From Ignavibacteriales bacterium (GTDB lineage Bacteria; Bacillota; Sulfobacillia; JABLXB01), in assembly GCA_050260105.1 (NCBI GenBank), contig JBLNBR010000013.1:50129-114128 (forward strand): a DNA stretch of 64,000 bases. The letters are read 5' to 3'. Made by a program: the position numbers and the translations under genes. Positions 20,592 to 30,165 of the stretch are shown here, one piece after another (positions within the stretch are counted from its first letter, which is position 1; the number at the start of each line of letters is the position of its first letter). The notes beneath the pieces were generated by a model, which searched no databases, was not told the origin of the DNA, and was given only the letters and a program-made list of their open reading frames with translations.

Positions 20592-22604
20592 GTGTTGAGC
20601 GGAAGTCCGGGAGTGAGAGAGGTATACCTGAGCACTATCCCGTGGAATGAGGCGCTCGAGCGATGGCTGGAGACGGTCGAGGCCGGCAGGGCCGGCGTTC
20701 CGGCAGAGGACGTGCCCGCTGTCGAGGCCCTGGGGAGGATCCTGTCCGGCCCCGTCCATGCGCGGCGTTCGTCTCCCCATTTCAACGCGGCGGCCATGGA
20801 CGGGATCGCTACGAGGGCGGCGCTTACGTCGGGCGCCTCGGAGACCTCGCCTGCGCGGCTGAGGTTGGGGCCGGGCGGCCCCGGCGGCGTCGACCCGGTT
20901 GGTGGCGTTGACCTGGTTGGCGGCGTTGACCTGGTTGGTGGCGTCGACGCGGTCGAGGTCGACACGGGCGACCCACTCCCGCGTGGCTGTGACTGCGTGA
21001 TAATGGCCGAGGATCTGAACTACGTCGACGGGGCTTCCGCCGTCGAGGTGATTGAACCGGCCGTACCCTGGCAACACGTCAGGCAGATTGGGGAGGACAT
21101 AGTCGCGACGGAGATGCTGTTCCCATCGGGGCGGGTGCTGAGACCCGAGGACCTCGGGGCCTTGCTTGCCTCGGGGAACACCGTGGTGAGGGTGAGGAAG
21201 AGGCCGGTGGTAGCGATAATCCCCACCGGCACTGAGATCGTCCCCGCTGAGGGGGAGTTGGCCCCCGGCGAAATCCCCGAATTCAACTCGGCCGTGCTCT
21301 CGGGGCTGATCAGGCAGTGGGGCGGGGAAGCCAGTGTGTTTCCCGTATGCCCCGACGACAGGGGCGTGATTGCCGCCGCCGTGCGGAGGGCGTCGGCGTC
21401 AGCGGATGTTGTGGTGTTGATAGCGGGATCATCTGCAGGACGAGAAGACTTCACCGCCCAGGTCCTGTCCGGCGCGGGCAGGGTCGTGGCGCACGGGGTT
21501 GCGATCAAGCCCGGCAAGCCCGTGTTGCTTGGGATCGCTCACGACAAACCCGCGATCGGGTTGCCCGGGTATCCCGTGTCTTGCTACCTCACGGCGAATA
21601 TGTTCCTGAAGCCGCTCTTGCACAGGCTGCAGGGGCTTCCGGTTCCCTCGGCCGCGAGGGTCAAGGCGTTGCTCTCCCGCAGGGCGGTTTCCCAGGCGGG
21701 GGTTGACGAGTACGTACGGGTGAAGCTGGGGAGCGTTGGTGAGCGGCTCGTCGCCACCCCGATTGCGAGGGGCGCGGGACTCATAACCTCTCTGGTCCGC
21801 GCCGACGGGATCATGTTGATACCGCGATTCTCAGAAGGGTTCGAGGAGGGCTCGGAGGTCGAAGTCGACCTGCTCAGATCGATCGAGGAAGTACGTAATT
21901 CCGTCGTCATCATCGGAAGTCACGACGTGGCCCTGGACCTGCTCGGAGGGATGTTGTCCGCCCGCCGTCCCGGCTACTCCGTGTCGTCCGCCCACACCGG
22001 CAGCATGGGGGGCTTAATGGCGCTCAAGAAGGGCGAGGCGCACGCGGCGGGCACCCACCTGCTCGACCCCGAAAATGGCGATTATAACGTCTCCTATGTG
22101 AGGCGGGTCATGCCCGGCAGGGCGGTGAGCCTGGTGACGCTCGCCCACCGCCGGCAGGGGTTCATCGTGCGCACGGGGAACCCCAAGGGCATCCGCGGCT
22201 TCGCTGATCTCGCACGGGCGGACGTATCGTTCGTGAACAGGCAACGGGGGGCCGGGACAAGACTGCTGCTCGACTACCATCTCAAGATGGAGGGGATCGA
22301 CCCGCACCGGGTGCACGGATACGCCAGGGAGGAGTTCACCCACATGGCGGTCGCCGCGGCGGTCGCCGGGGGTACGGCGGACGCGGGGCTGGGGATACTG
22401 GCCGCCGCCAGAGCCCTGGGACTCGACTTCATTCCCGTGGGCGAAGAAAGATACGAACTTGCCATTCCGGCGGAGCACCTGGATTCTCCCCCGGTGCGCA
22501 AGATGCTCGAAGTGGTAAATGACCCCGAGTTTAAGAAGGCCGTGGAGTCTCTTGGAGGTTACGATACCCGGGAAACCGGTCGCGAAAGGGAAGTGTCGTC
22601 GTGA
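20592..22604 (+). CDS. MoeA paralog fused to a C-terminal periplasmic-binding-protein-like (PBP-like) domain
   Basis: GTG start with a TGGAGGT RBS. N-terminal 400 aa is MoeA-like (GSSAGREDF, GVAIKPGKPVLLG). C-terminal about 250 aa (IIGSHDVALDLLGGML...GAGTRLLLDYHL...) resembles the PBP-like domain seen in MoeA-PBP fusion proteins. Contains an in-frame 3 x 15-nt tandem repeat (VGGVDL) at about 20896-20945. Confidence 0.75.
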   Translation: MLSGSPGVREVYLSTIPWNEALERWLETVEAGRAGVPAEDVPAVEALGRILSGPVHARRSSPHFNAAAMDGIATRAALTSGASETSPARLRLGPGGPGGVDPVGGVDLVGGVDLVGGVDAVEVDTGDPLPRGCDCVIMAEDLNYVDGASAVEVIEPAVPWQHVRQIGEDIVATEMLFPSGRVLRPEDLGALLASGNTVVRVRKRPVVAIIPTGTEIVPAEGELAPGEIPEFNSAVLSGLIRQWGGEASVFPVCPDDRGVIAAAVRRASASADVVVLIAGSSAGREDFTAQVLSGAGRVVAHGVAIKPGKPVLLGIAHDKPAIGLPGYPVSCYLTANMFLKPLLHRLQGLPVPSAARVKALLSRRAVSQAGVDEYVRVKLGSVGERLVATPIARGAGLITSLVRADGIMLIPRFSEGFEEGSEVEVDLLRSIEEVRNSVVIIGSHDVALDLLGGMLSARRPGYSVSSAHTGSMGGLMALKKGEAHAAGTHLLDPENGDYNVSYVRRVMPGRAVSLVTLAHRRQGFIVRTGNPKGIRGFADLARADVSFVNRQRGAGTRLLLDYHLKMEGIDPHRVHGYAREEFTHMAVAAAVAGGTADAGLGILAAARALGLDFIPVGEERYELAIPAEHLDSPPVRKMLEVVNDPEFKKAVESLGGYDTRETGREREVSS

Positions 22605-23593
22605 AGGACAGGTTCGGTAGGAGCCTGACATATCTGAGGGTATCGGTTACGGACCGCTGCAACATGCGATGCGTCTACTGCATGCCTGGGGGCGGCGTGC
22701 CCCTGGTTTCCCACGACGATCTACTGTCGTTCGAGGAGATCGAGAGGGTCGTCCGCGCCGGCGTCGGGCTCGGGATCCGGGCTGTCAGGCTCACAGGCGG
22801 AGAGCCGCTCATGCGGAGGGGCATCGTCGATCTGGTGAAGCGGCTCGCGTCGATAGAGGACTTGGAGGACCTGTCCATGACGACGAACGCCACCCGGCTC
22901 AGTATCCTTGCCCCCGCGCTGAAGGCGGCCGGGTTGCGGCGGGTGAACGTCAGCCTGGACAGCCTGGATCCGGGGACGTTCGCCGCCATCACCCGCGGCG
23001 GCGAGATCGGCTCGGTGATGAGGGGCATAGATGCGGCCCTCGCTAGTGGTCTCACCCCGGTCAAGATAAACTGTGTCCCACTGCGGGGTCTTAATGACTG
23101 CGAGATCCCCGCCCTGCTGGAGTTCATACGCAACCGCCCCGTGCACCTGCGGTTCATCGAGCTCATGCCGGTGGGGTGGAACGACGCGTGGTTCCAGCAG
23201 AGGTTCATTCCGGCCGACGAAGTCAGGGCGATGGTCGAAAGGGTTGTCTCCGCCGGGGGCGCACGCACGATTCCGTCCACCGTCGTGGACGGGCGCGGAC
23301 CGGCGACCTACCTCGCGATGGAGGGGTATCTCGGGACTGTCGGGTTCATCTCGGCCATAACCGGTCATTTCTGCGCGAGGTGCACCAGGATGAGGCTGAC
23401 GTCCACGGGGACACTGAGCCCGTGCCTCGCGTCGAGCGTGGAGGTGGACCTCCGGGCGCCCCTGCGCGCGGGCTGCGACGATGCGGAGCTCGAGCGCCTT
23501 TTCGCGGAGGCCGTGAGCCTGAAGCCGCTGGGGCACGAAATGGAGTGCGCGGCGGGCCTCGACGGCCGGCTGATGTCGAAAATAGGCGGCTAG
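22601..23593 (+). CDS. moaA: GTP 3',8-cyclase (radical SAM) MoaA
   Basis: GTGA overlap with the upstream gene. CNMRCVYC radical-SAM cluster motif and full-length MoaA similarity including the C-terminal cluster Cys residues. Confidence 0.9.
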   Translation: MKDRFGRSLTYLRVSVTDRCNMRCVYCMPGGGVPLVSHDDLLSFEEIERVVRAGVGLGIRAVRLTGGEPLMRRGIVDLVKRLASIEDLEDLSMTTNATRLSILAPALKAAGLRRVNVSLDSLDPGTFAAITRGGEIGSVMRGIDAALASGLTPVKINCVPLRGLNDCEIPALLEFIRNRPVHLRFIELMPVGWNDAWFQQRFIPADEVRAMVERVVSAGGARTIPSTVVDGRGPATYLAMEGYLGTVGFISAITGHFCARCTRMRLTSTGTLSPCLASSVEVDLRAPLRAGCDDAELERLFAEAVSLKPLGHEMECAAGLDGRLMSKIGG

Positions 23594-23594
23594 G

Positions 23595-24119
23595 ATGCTC
23601 GGGGAAGGGGGTGGCTACTTGTCAGAAGGCGAATGTGACGGGTTCTCTCACCTGGATCCCCACGGGAAGGCTATCATGGTGAACGTGGGCGGAAAGGACG
23701 AGACGGTGCGCAAGGCCGTAGCGAGGGGCGAGGTGTTGATGTCGCCCGAGACATTGCGCCGGTTGAAGGAGGGCGCGGCGCCGAAGGGGGACGTGCTGGC
23801 CGTGGCTCGCGTGGCGGGCATAATGGCGGCCAAGAATACACCACACCTGATCCCGCTCTGCCACCCGATCCAGATTAGCGCAGTCTCCGTGGAGTTCACG
23901 TTTCCGGAGGACCGCCCCGCCGTGGAGATTGAGGTTGCCGTCGAGTGCACAGGCAGGACGGGAGTGGAAATGGAGGCCCTGACCGGGGTCTCGGTCGCCG
24001 CTCTCACCATATACGACATGTGCAAGTCGCTGGATAGGAGCATGATCATTGGTGACATCCGGTTGATGTTCAAGTCCGGCGGCAGGAGCGGGACATTTGT
24101 GAGACAGGATCAACCTTGA
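23595..24119 (+). CDS. moaC: Cyclic pyranopterin monophosphate synthase MoaC
   Basis: MoaC motifs ([21 protein letters not shown]). The true start may be the TTG at 23619 behind a GGGAAGGGGGTGG RBS. Confidence 0.85.
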   Translation: MLGEGGGYLSEGECDGFSHLDPHGKAIMVNVGGKDETVRKAVARGEVLMSPETLRRLKEGAAPKGDVLAVARVAGIMAAKNTPHLIPLCHPIQISAVSVEFTFPEDRPAVEIEVAVECTGRTGVEMEALTGVSVAALTIYDMCKSLDRSMIIGDIRLMFKSGGRSGTFVRQDQP

Positions 24120-24179
24120 CAGGCGGGTTTATGGGGGTATGGATCGGTCGTGGAGCACGAGGGTAGCGGGATAAGCAGG

Positions 24180-24707
24180 ATGGTGAAGCACAGGATAAGG
24201 TATGGGATATTGACGGCCAGCGACTCGGGGGCCGCCGGAGAACGCCGCGACCTCTCGGGCGAAGCCATCCAGGAAGTGATCCGGGCGTCGGGGGGCGAGG
24301 TGGCGCGTTACACGATCGTCGCCGACGAGGAGGAAGTGATCGCGCGCGAACTCCGCGATATGGCCGATAACCTGGGCATCGACGTGATTCTGACCACGGG
24401 GGGCACCGGTCTCAGCCCGCGGGATCATACCCCGGACGCCACCTATGCTGTGATCGACAGAGAGGTGCCCGGCATTGCGGAAGCCATGCGGCAGGAGGGA
24501 CTGAAGCACATACCCCATGCGATGCTTTCGCGACAGGCGGCGGGCGTACGCGGGGGGAGCCTCATAATCAACATGCCTGGAAGCCCGAGGGCCGTGCGCG
24601 AGTGCCTGGCCGTCGTGATGCCGGCGATCCCTCACGCCGTCGAGGTTCTGCGCGGCGAAGCCCGCGATTGCGCGCGCCTCCGCGACAGTCAGGAGAAGGG
24701 GCCTTAG
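24180..24707 (+). CDS. mog: Molybdopterin adenylyltransferase MoaB/Mog family
   Basis: ATG at MVKHRIRYGILTASD. ILTTGGTGLSPRD motif of the MoaB/Mog fold. Confidence 0.8.
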   Translation: MVKHRIRYGILTASDSGAAGERRDLSGEAIQEVIRASGGEVARYTIVADEEEVIARELRDMADNLGIDVILTTGGTGLSPRDHTPDATYAVIDREVPGIAEAMRQEGLKHIPHAMLSRQAAGVRGGSLIINMPGSPRAVRECLAVVMPAIPHAVEVLRGEARDCARLRDSQEKGP

Positions 24708-24712
24708 GCTGA

Positions 24713-26758
24713 CTAGAGGATCAGGAAGGCGGCACTGATCACGGCGACCAGGCGCACCAGTGACCACGCGGCGCGGAGCCTCACGTATCGCGCTGATAGC
24801 CCGGCCAGAGCGGATATCCCCAGCACCTGTGGCAGCGCCCCGCATACCCAGATAACCAGCCCCGTGCCCGCTCCTCCGGCCAGCCTCAAGAGGGGAGGGA
24901 CGGGGGGAAGGAGCAGGAACAAGAACCCCAGCGCAGCCATGGCGCCTATCCCCTTGAAGAACGCCGACACCGAGCGCCGCCATGGATTGCGCCGGGTGTC
25001 GAGCCAGCTCGGGGGCGCCCATGCCCCGAAGCAGCGGTTCTGGGCCAGCCGGAACAGACCGTCCACTATCAGCAGTGTACCGAGGCAGGCGCCGAACGCG
25101 GCAAGGATTCTCCACGCGATTCTGGTCAGGTAGGAGAGTGCGACGGGTTCCAGGGAAATGTCACTGTCCCCAATGGGTCCTCTCGCCTTCATCGCCCTGT
25201 CCATCCCGGCTTTCATCGAATGAATCTCGTTGAGGACCTCGGGGGTGATGCCACGGACCTGCGCGAGATCGCGGATCGTGGAGAAACCGCCGGCCGATGC
25301 CCTGGCAGCCAGGATTTCCGCGGCCATCGCCGGCGTGATGCCCTTGACCGTCATCAGGTCCGCCACCGTGGCGGTGTTGAGGTCGAACGTGTACGGCATA
25401 CTCGCGGCGCCGAATCTATCATAAATGCACAGCGCACGGGTGTGTTCGTCACTCATGAGCCATATCTGGGGGCCGCCGTCGTCCAGGCGCCTCTCTCCAT
25501 CCAACAGACTGCGGCGCAGTGTTTCCATGAACCTTGCTCGTTGCTCCAACTCATACGGCGCCGCCGTGGGGACAGCCGCGCAGAACCTTCCGGCGGCCGC
25601 CGGTTCCAGGGGCGCCCCTCCCGTCGCCCACAGGAAGGCGTCGTACGCCGCCTCCTCTTCACCGGGGAACGCCTTTGCGTACTGCGAGATCAGGGTGAGC
25701 ACGGGAGAGGGCCTCGACAGGATTGGGTCGGGCCTGACGGATTCGGCGAGCACGTGAAACACCTTCATGTACGCGTTCTCCAGGGGTGTGAACACCTGCG
25801 CTGGAGAGCCGTCGAAGACGGGGACCGTGCCGCCCGGCGCATCACCAACCTTCCCGGCGCCGGTTCTCACGGAGGGATGCGCGAACATCGCGTAGAACGA
25901 GGGCTCCCTGTACGTTGACTGGATTCTGGGGTCACTGACCAGCGCATAGATGATCGAGGAAACGACTCCGGGGATCGCGAGCATTCCCGCCGGGTTTCCG
26001 GAAGCAGCGGCGGCAAACCTGCTCGACTTGATCCCCTCGACGGCGCCGGCCCACTTGTATCTGTTGTGCCAGATGGGGAACAACAGGGAGGCGGCGCCTG
26101 GCCGCGAGCCCTCCGCCGCCATCCGCGCGATCCAGTATCGCAGGGCTGCCAGGCCGTGCTCCAGGTCCTTCCGGGCTTCCCTTGGGAACCCCGATTCATC
26201 GAATGCGACGGCCTGGAAGTGGGCCGCCCAGCCCTCGCTGAACGCCGTCCAGAAGTCCGTCTTCTCGTCGAGCTCGGAGATGGTCGTGGATGGCGTCAGG
26301 CGGGGCCGGCCGCACAGTTCATCGAGGATGAGGCTTCCCACCTGCTTCGAAAACGTTGACTCGAGGGTGTGACCATCATAGCCGGCGGTCGCCACGCCGG
26401 TCGCGTCACCATTCACCACGGGGGCCTGCAGGATTCCGGAACCGGCGACGACCAGCGGGGATAGAAGGCGCTGCAGTCCGGGGTCGCCGGCGTCCTTGAA
26501 TCTGCCATCTTGCAGACCCTGGTTTGCCAGGTAGTTGCACGCTAGGCGGCGCAATACGACCGCCTCGTACGCGAATCCCCTGTCGAAACCGGCTGGGGTC
26601 CGGGATGGCGCGGCCAACTCGTACAGAGGCTTTCCCCCTGAGATCATGGCAGGCGCCGCTCGAACGCCGGACGGAGCGACGGCCGTACAGATATGGTGAA
26701 TGACGAGCACGAGGGTGCACGCGACGGCCGCGCCCCACCTGGCGTTCGTGTAGTCCAT
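24713..26758 (-). CDS. Large hypothetical membrane protein with a ComEA-like helix-hairpin-helix domain
   Basis: 681-aa ORF with GGAGGTG RBS. N-terminal signal/TM, a large central region of unknown type, an HhH motif (LNTATVADLMTVKGITPAMAAEILAARASAGGFSTIRDLAQVRGITPEV), then about 4 C-terminal TM helices. Confidence 0.6.
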   Translation of the reverse strand: MDYTNARWGAAVACTLVLVIHHICTAVAPSGVRAAPAMISGGKPLYELAAPSRTPAGFDRGFAYEAVVLRRLACNYLANQGLQDGRFKDAGDPGLQRLLSPLVVAGSGILQAPVVNGDATGVATAGYDGHTLESTFSKQVGSLILDELCGRPRLTPSTTISELDEKTDFWTAFSEGWAAHFQAVAFDESGFPREARKDLEHGLAALRYWIARMAAEGSRPGAASLLFPIWHNRYKWAGAVEGIKSSRFAAAASGNPAGMLAIPGVVSSIIYALVSDPRIQSTYREPSFYAMFAHPSVRTGAGKVGDAPGGTVPVFDGSPAQVFTPLENAYMKVFHVLAESVRPDPILSRPSPVLTLISQYAKAFPGEEEAAYDAFLWATGGAPLEPAAAGRFCAAVPTAAPYELEQRARFMETLRRSLLDGERRLDDGGPQIWLMSDEHTRALCIYDRFGAASMPYTFDLNTATVADLMTVKGITPAMAAEILAARASAGGFSTIRDLAQVRGITPEVLNEIHSMKAGMDRAMKARGPIGDSDISLEPVALSYLTRIAWRILAAFGACLGTLLIVDGLFRLAQNRCFGAWAPPSWLDTRRNPWRRSVSAFFKGIGAMAALGFLFLLLPPVPPLLRLAGGAGTGLVIWVCGALPQVLGISALAGLSARYVRLRAAWSLVRLVAVISAAFLIL

Positions 26759-26858
26759 TCACCACACCTCCGGTCCTGGACAAGCCCACACGCAAATCGT
26801 ATAACGCGGGTCCGGGCGAGACCTAGCCGTTCGTGTCGGCAGAAGGTTGTCGAGTTTC

Positions 26859-26887
26859 TTGACACTACCCAAAAAGATGCGATACTT
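26859..26887 (+). promoter_or_regulatory. Sigma-A type promoter upstream of hpt
   Basis: TTGACA, 17-nt spacer, TGcGATACT extended -10, about 45 nt upstream of the hpt TTG start. Confidence 0.5.
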
Positions 26888-26930
26888 GGGTTGAGACTGA
26901 GTAAACGCTGGAGCGCGGGAGGTAGGGGTC

Positions 26931-27575
26931 TTGGCGGGAACAGTCAAACGTGGCACGAGATGCAAGAGCGGCGGAGATGCGGTCCGCCCGGGCGGGGTCT
27001 TCTCCAGGGACATCCAGGAAATACTGCTCGACGCCGGGGCCATTCAGAAGAGGGTCAAGGAACTGGGCGCCGCGATAACTGCCGACTATGCAGGGAAGGA
27101 AGTCGTGGCTGTCGGGATCCTCAAGGGAGCGGTGGTCTTCCTATCCGACCTCGTGAGAAACCTTGACTGTAAGGCCAAGTTCGACTTCATGGCCGTGTCC
27201 AGCTACGGCGCTTCCACCCACACGTCCGGGGTCGTGAGGATAACCAAAGACCTCGACGACAGCATCGAAGGGAAGCATGTCCTGGTCATCGAGGACGTGA
27301 TCGACACGGGTCTCACACTGAACTATCTGAGGGAGGTACTCAAGGCGCGGAATCCCGCCAGCCTTCGCATCTGCTCCCTGCTGGACAAGCCGTCCCGGAG
27401 GAAGGTGCCCGTAAAGATAGATTACACCGGGTTCGAGATCCCGGACGCGTTCGTCGTGGGCTACGGCCTGGATTTCAACGGCCTATACCGGCACCTGCCC
27501 TTCATATGTGTATTGAAGCCGGAAGCATACCAGCCGAATGGGGGGAATTCGAGTGGCCACGCGTCCGGCCGCTGA
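26931..27575 (+). CDS. hpt: Hypoxanthine-guanine phosphoribosyltransferase
   Basis: TTG start after GGGAGGTAGGGG. PRTase motif [13 protein letters not shown] and the HPRT C-terminus [21 protein letters not shown], plus an about 18-aa tail that overlaps the guaA 5' end. Confidence 0.8.
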   Translation: MAGTVKRGTRCKSGGDAVRPGGVFSRDIQEILLDAGAIQKRVKELGAAITADYAGKEVVAVGILKGAVVFLSDLVRNLDCKAKFDFMAVSSYGASTHTSGVVRITKDLDDSIEGKHVLVIEDVIDTGLTLNYLREVLKARNPASLRICSLLDKPSRRKVPVKIDYTGFEIPDAFVVGYGLDFNGLYRHLPFICVLKPEAYQPNGGNSSGHASGR

Positions 27576-29127
27576 AGACATCATCACTGACAACATCATC
27601 GCTGAGAACGTCATCATCCTCGATTTCGGCGCACAGTACAGCCAGTTGATAGCACGCAGGGTACGGGAGGCTCGGGTGTTCTGCGAGATCCTCCCGTATG
27701 ACACCCCCGTCGAGGGGATCACCGCGAGGAAGCCCGCGGGGATAATCCTCACGGGCGGTCCCTCGAGCGTCTACGACGAAAATTCGCCTCAGTGCGACCC
27801 GCGTGTGTTTGAACTCGGCATACCGGTTCTCGGAATCTGTTACGGCATGCAGCTGATGTGCAGGGTCCTGGGCGGAGACGTGCGCAGGAGTGAGCGCAGG
27901 GAATATGGCAAGGCCGAAATGGAGGTCATCGACAGCGAAGACCTGTTCGCGGGGATCGATGGGACTACACAATGCTGGATGAGCCACGGGGATTCTGTTC
28001 TCGAGCCACCGGCCGGGTTTGCGGTTCTCGCGAGAACCGCAAATGCCCCGTTCGGAGCGATCGCGGACAGGCGGAGAAGGCTGTTCGGCGTCCAGTTCCA
28101 CCCCGAGGTCGTTCACACCGTCCGGGGAAGGGAGATACTCAGGAACTTCCTGTTCCGCGTGTGCGGGTGTTCGGGTTCGTGGAACATGGGTTCGTTCGTA
28201 CAGGCCGCTGTCTCGAGAATGGCGTCGGAGATGCCGGCCGGCCGCGCCATCTGCGCGCTCAGCGGCGGCGTGGACTCGTCGGTCTCCGCCGTGCTCGCGC
28301 ACAGGGCCATCGGAGACCGTCTCACGTGCATATTCGTGGATCACGGGCTGCTCAGAAAGGGTGAGCCCGAACAGGTCCAGCACACGTTCCGCGAGCGTTT
28401 CCGCATGAACCTGGTCCACGTGAACGCGAGCGACCGGTTCCTGGAGAGGCTCGCGGGGGTGACAGACCCCGAAGTCAAGAGAAAGACCATAGGGCACGAG
28501 TTCATCCGCGTGTTCGAGGACGAGGCGTCCCGCATCGAGGACGTTCGATACCTCATCCAGGGGACTCTCTACCCTGACGTCATCGAGAGCGGCACAAGGA
28601 CGGCGGCCGTGATCAAGAGCCACCACAACGTCGGGGGATTGCCCCCCGGCATGCGGCTGAGACTCGTCGAACCCGTGAGGGACCTGTTCAAGGACGAGGT
28701 CAGAGAGATCGCGCAGGAGCTCGGCCTGCCGGAAGAGATTGCCTGGAGACAGCCGTTTCCCGGGCCCGGCCTGGGCATCCGGATCATCGGCGAGGTCACG
28801 CGGGAGAAGCTCGATATCCTGCGCGAAGCAGACTCCATCGTCACGGAGGAGATCCGTGCTGCCGGCCTATACCGGCGGATCTGGCAGAGTTTCGCCGTGC
28901 TGTCATCCATGAAGAGCGTCGGGGTTATGGGGGATGGGAGGACGTACGCATACACCGTCATTCTGAGGGCGGTAACCAGCGACGACGGCATGACCGCGGA
29001 TTGGGTGCGGCTGCCGTATGATCTCGTCGAGCGCATATCCAGCCGGATCGTGAACGAAGTGAACGGGGTGAATCGAGTGGTGTACGATGTCACCTCCAAG
29101 CCGCCGGGCACGATTGAATGGGAGTAG
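27538..29127 (+). CDS. guaA: GMP synthase (glutamine-hydrolysing)
   Basis: GATase domain ([27 protein letters not shown]), ATP-PPase SGGVDSSV motif, and C-terminal dimerisation domain. The start may be the in-frame GTG at about 27553. Confidence 0.9.
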   Translation: MGGIRVATRPAAEDIITDNIIAENVIILDFGAQYSQLIARRVREARVFCEILPYDTPVEGITARKPAGIILTGGPSSVYDENSPQCDPRVFELGIPVLGICYGMQLMCRVLGGDVRRSERREYGKAEMEVIDSEDLFAGIDGTTQCWMSHGDSVLEPPAGFAVLARTANAPFGAIADRRRRLFGVQFHPEVVHTVRGREILRNFLFRVCGCSGSWNMGSFVQAAVSRMASEMPAGRAICALSGGVDSSVSAVLAHRAIGDRLTCIFVDHGLLRKGEPEQVQHTFRERFRMNLVHVNASDRFLERLAGVTDPEVKRKTIGHEFIRVFEDEASRIEDVRYLIQGTLYPDVIESGTRTAAVIKSHHNVGGLPPGMRLRLVEPVRDLFKDEVREIAQELGLPEEIAWRQPFPGPGLGIRIIGEVTREKLDILREADSIVTEEIRAAGLYRRIWQSFAVLSSMKSVGVMGDGRTYAYTVILRAVTSDDGMTADWVRLPYDLVERISSRIVNEVNGVNRVVYDVTSKPPGTIEWE

Positions 29128-29153
29128 TGCAGGGATATTGCCGTTGAATGGCT

Positions 29154-29200
29154 GTCGCCGGCCGCCCGTGATGTGTGCGGGCGGCCGGTTGGTTTTCGGG
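29154..29200 (+). terminator. Intrinsic terminator downstream of guaA
   Basis: CGCCGGCCGCCCG..CGGGCGGCCGG stem followed by TTGGTTTTCGG. Confidence 0.6.
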
Positions 29201-29280
29201 GCGGGCGAGGACTATCGCCAGTTGCCGGAGAATTGTAGCATACGGGGGCGATAAACGTAGACGGAGTCATCTTCGACATC

Positions 29281-30159
29281 ATGAAATACGCCATCCACGA
29301 CGGGCCGGGGATCCGCACAATCGTGTTCCTCAAGGGATGCCCCCTCCGGTGCTGGTGGTGCCACAACCCCGAGGGGCAGGACCCCCGCCCCGAGCTCATC
29401 ATGTGGGAGAACAGGTGCATATCCTGTGGCGAGTGCGCCCGGGTATGCACCGGGGGCGCGATCGTGACCGGAGATGGCCTGCTGCGTTTCCGCAAGGAGG
29501 ACTGCAGGCTGTGCTTCAAATGCGTCGAGGCCTGCCACGCTGGGTCCAGGGCGGTTGCCGGCAGGGAAGTATCCGTTGAAGAGGTAATGGAAGAGATTCT
29601 TAAGGATGCCCCGTTTTATGAGGAGTCGGGCGGCGGGGTGACGTTTTCCGGCGGGGAACCGCTGGCGCAGCCCCAGTTCCTGGAGGCCTTGCTGGCGGAA
29701 TGCGGGGCCCGCGAGATACACACGGCCATCGAGACGACCGGCTGGGCGATACGGGAAGACCTGCTCCGGATATCCCCGAAGGCGAATCTGATCCTCTTCG
29801 ACCTGAAGATCATTGACGAAGCCGAGCACAGGAAGCATACAGGGTCATCCAACGGGCCGATTCTCGACAACCTTGCCGCGTTGACGGCAGTCCACGATAA
29901 CGTCGTCGTCAGGATCCCGGTCGTCCCGGGAGTAAACGATAGTGACCAGCGCGTTCATGAGTTTGGCAGGTTCCTTACGGGGCTGCCCGGGATCAGAGAA
30001 ATCCATCTCCTGCCGTATCACAAGGCGGGGGTGGAGAAATACCGGAGACTCGGCAGGCAGTACCGGCTGCCGTCGCTGGAGCCGCCGGACAGGGCCACGA
30101 TGGAGAGGATATCCGCCACACTGCGGGACTACGGCAAGACCGTCAAGATTGGGGGTTAG
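29281..30159 (+). CDS. Glycyl-radical enzyme activating enzyme (radical SAM, with extra ferredoxin-like 4Fe-4S motifs)
   Basis: N-terminal GCPLRCWWCHNPE radical-SAM/AE motif, two CxxCxxCxxxC clusters (CISCGECARVC, CRLCFKCVEAC), and a glycine-rich SAM site GVTFSGGEP. Confidence 0.85.
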   Translation: MKYAIHDGPGIRTIVFLKGCPLRCWWCHNPEGQDPRPELIMWENRCISCGECARVCTGGAIVTGDGLLRFRKEDCRLCFKCVEACHAGSRAVAGREVSVEEVMEEILKDAPFYEESGGGVTFSGGEPLAQPQFLEALLAECGAREIHTAIETTGWAIREDLLRISPKANLILFDLKIIDEAEHRKHTGSSNGPILDNLAALTAVHDNVVVRIPVVPGVNDSDQRVHEFGRFLTGLPGIREIHLLPYHKAGVEKYRRLGRQYRLPSLEPPDRATMERISATLRDYGKTVKIGG

Positions 30160-30165
30160 CGGACC

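Noticed and set aside
26946-26960. Sigma-54-like TGGCACG....TGCA motif
   Set aside because: The GG-to-GC spacing is one nucleotide short of the -24/-12 consensus and the motif lies inside the hpt coding region. Most likely chance.
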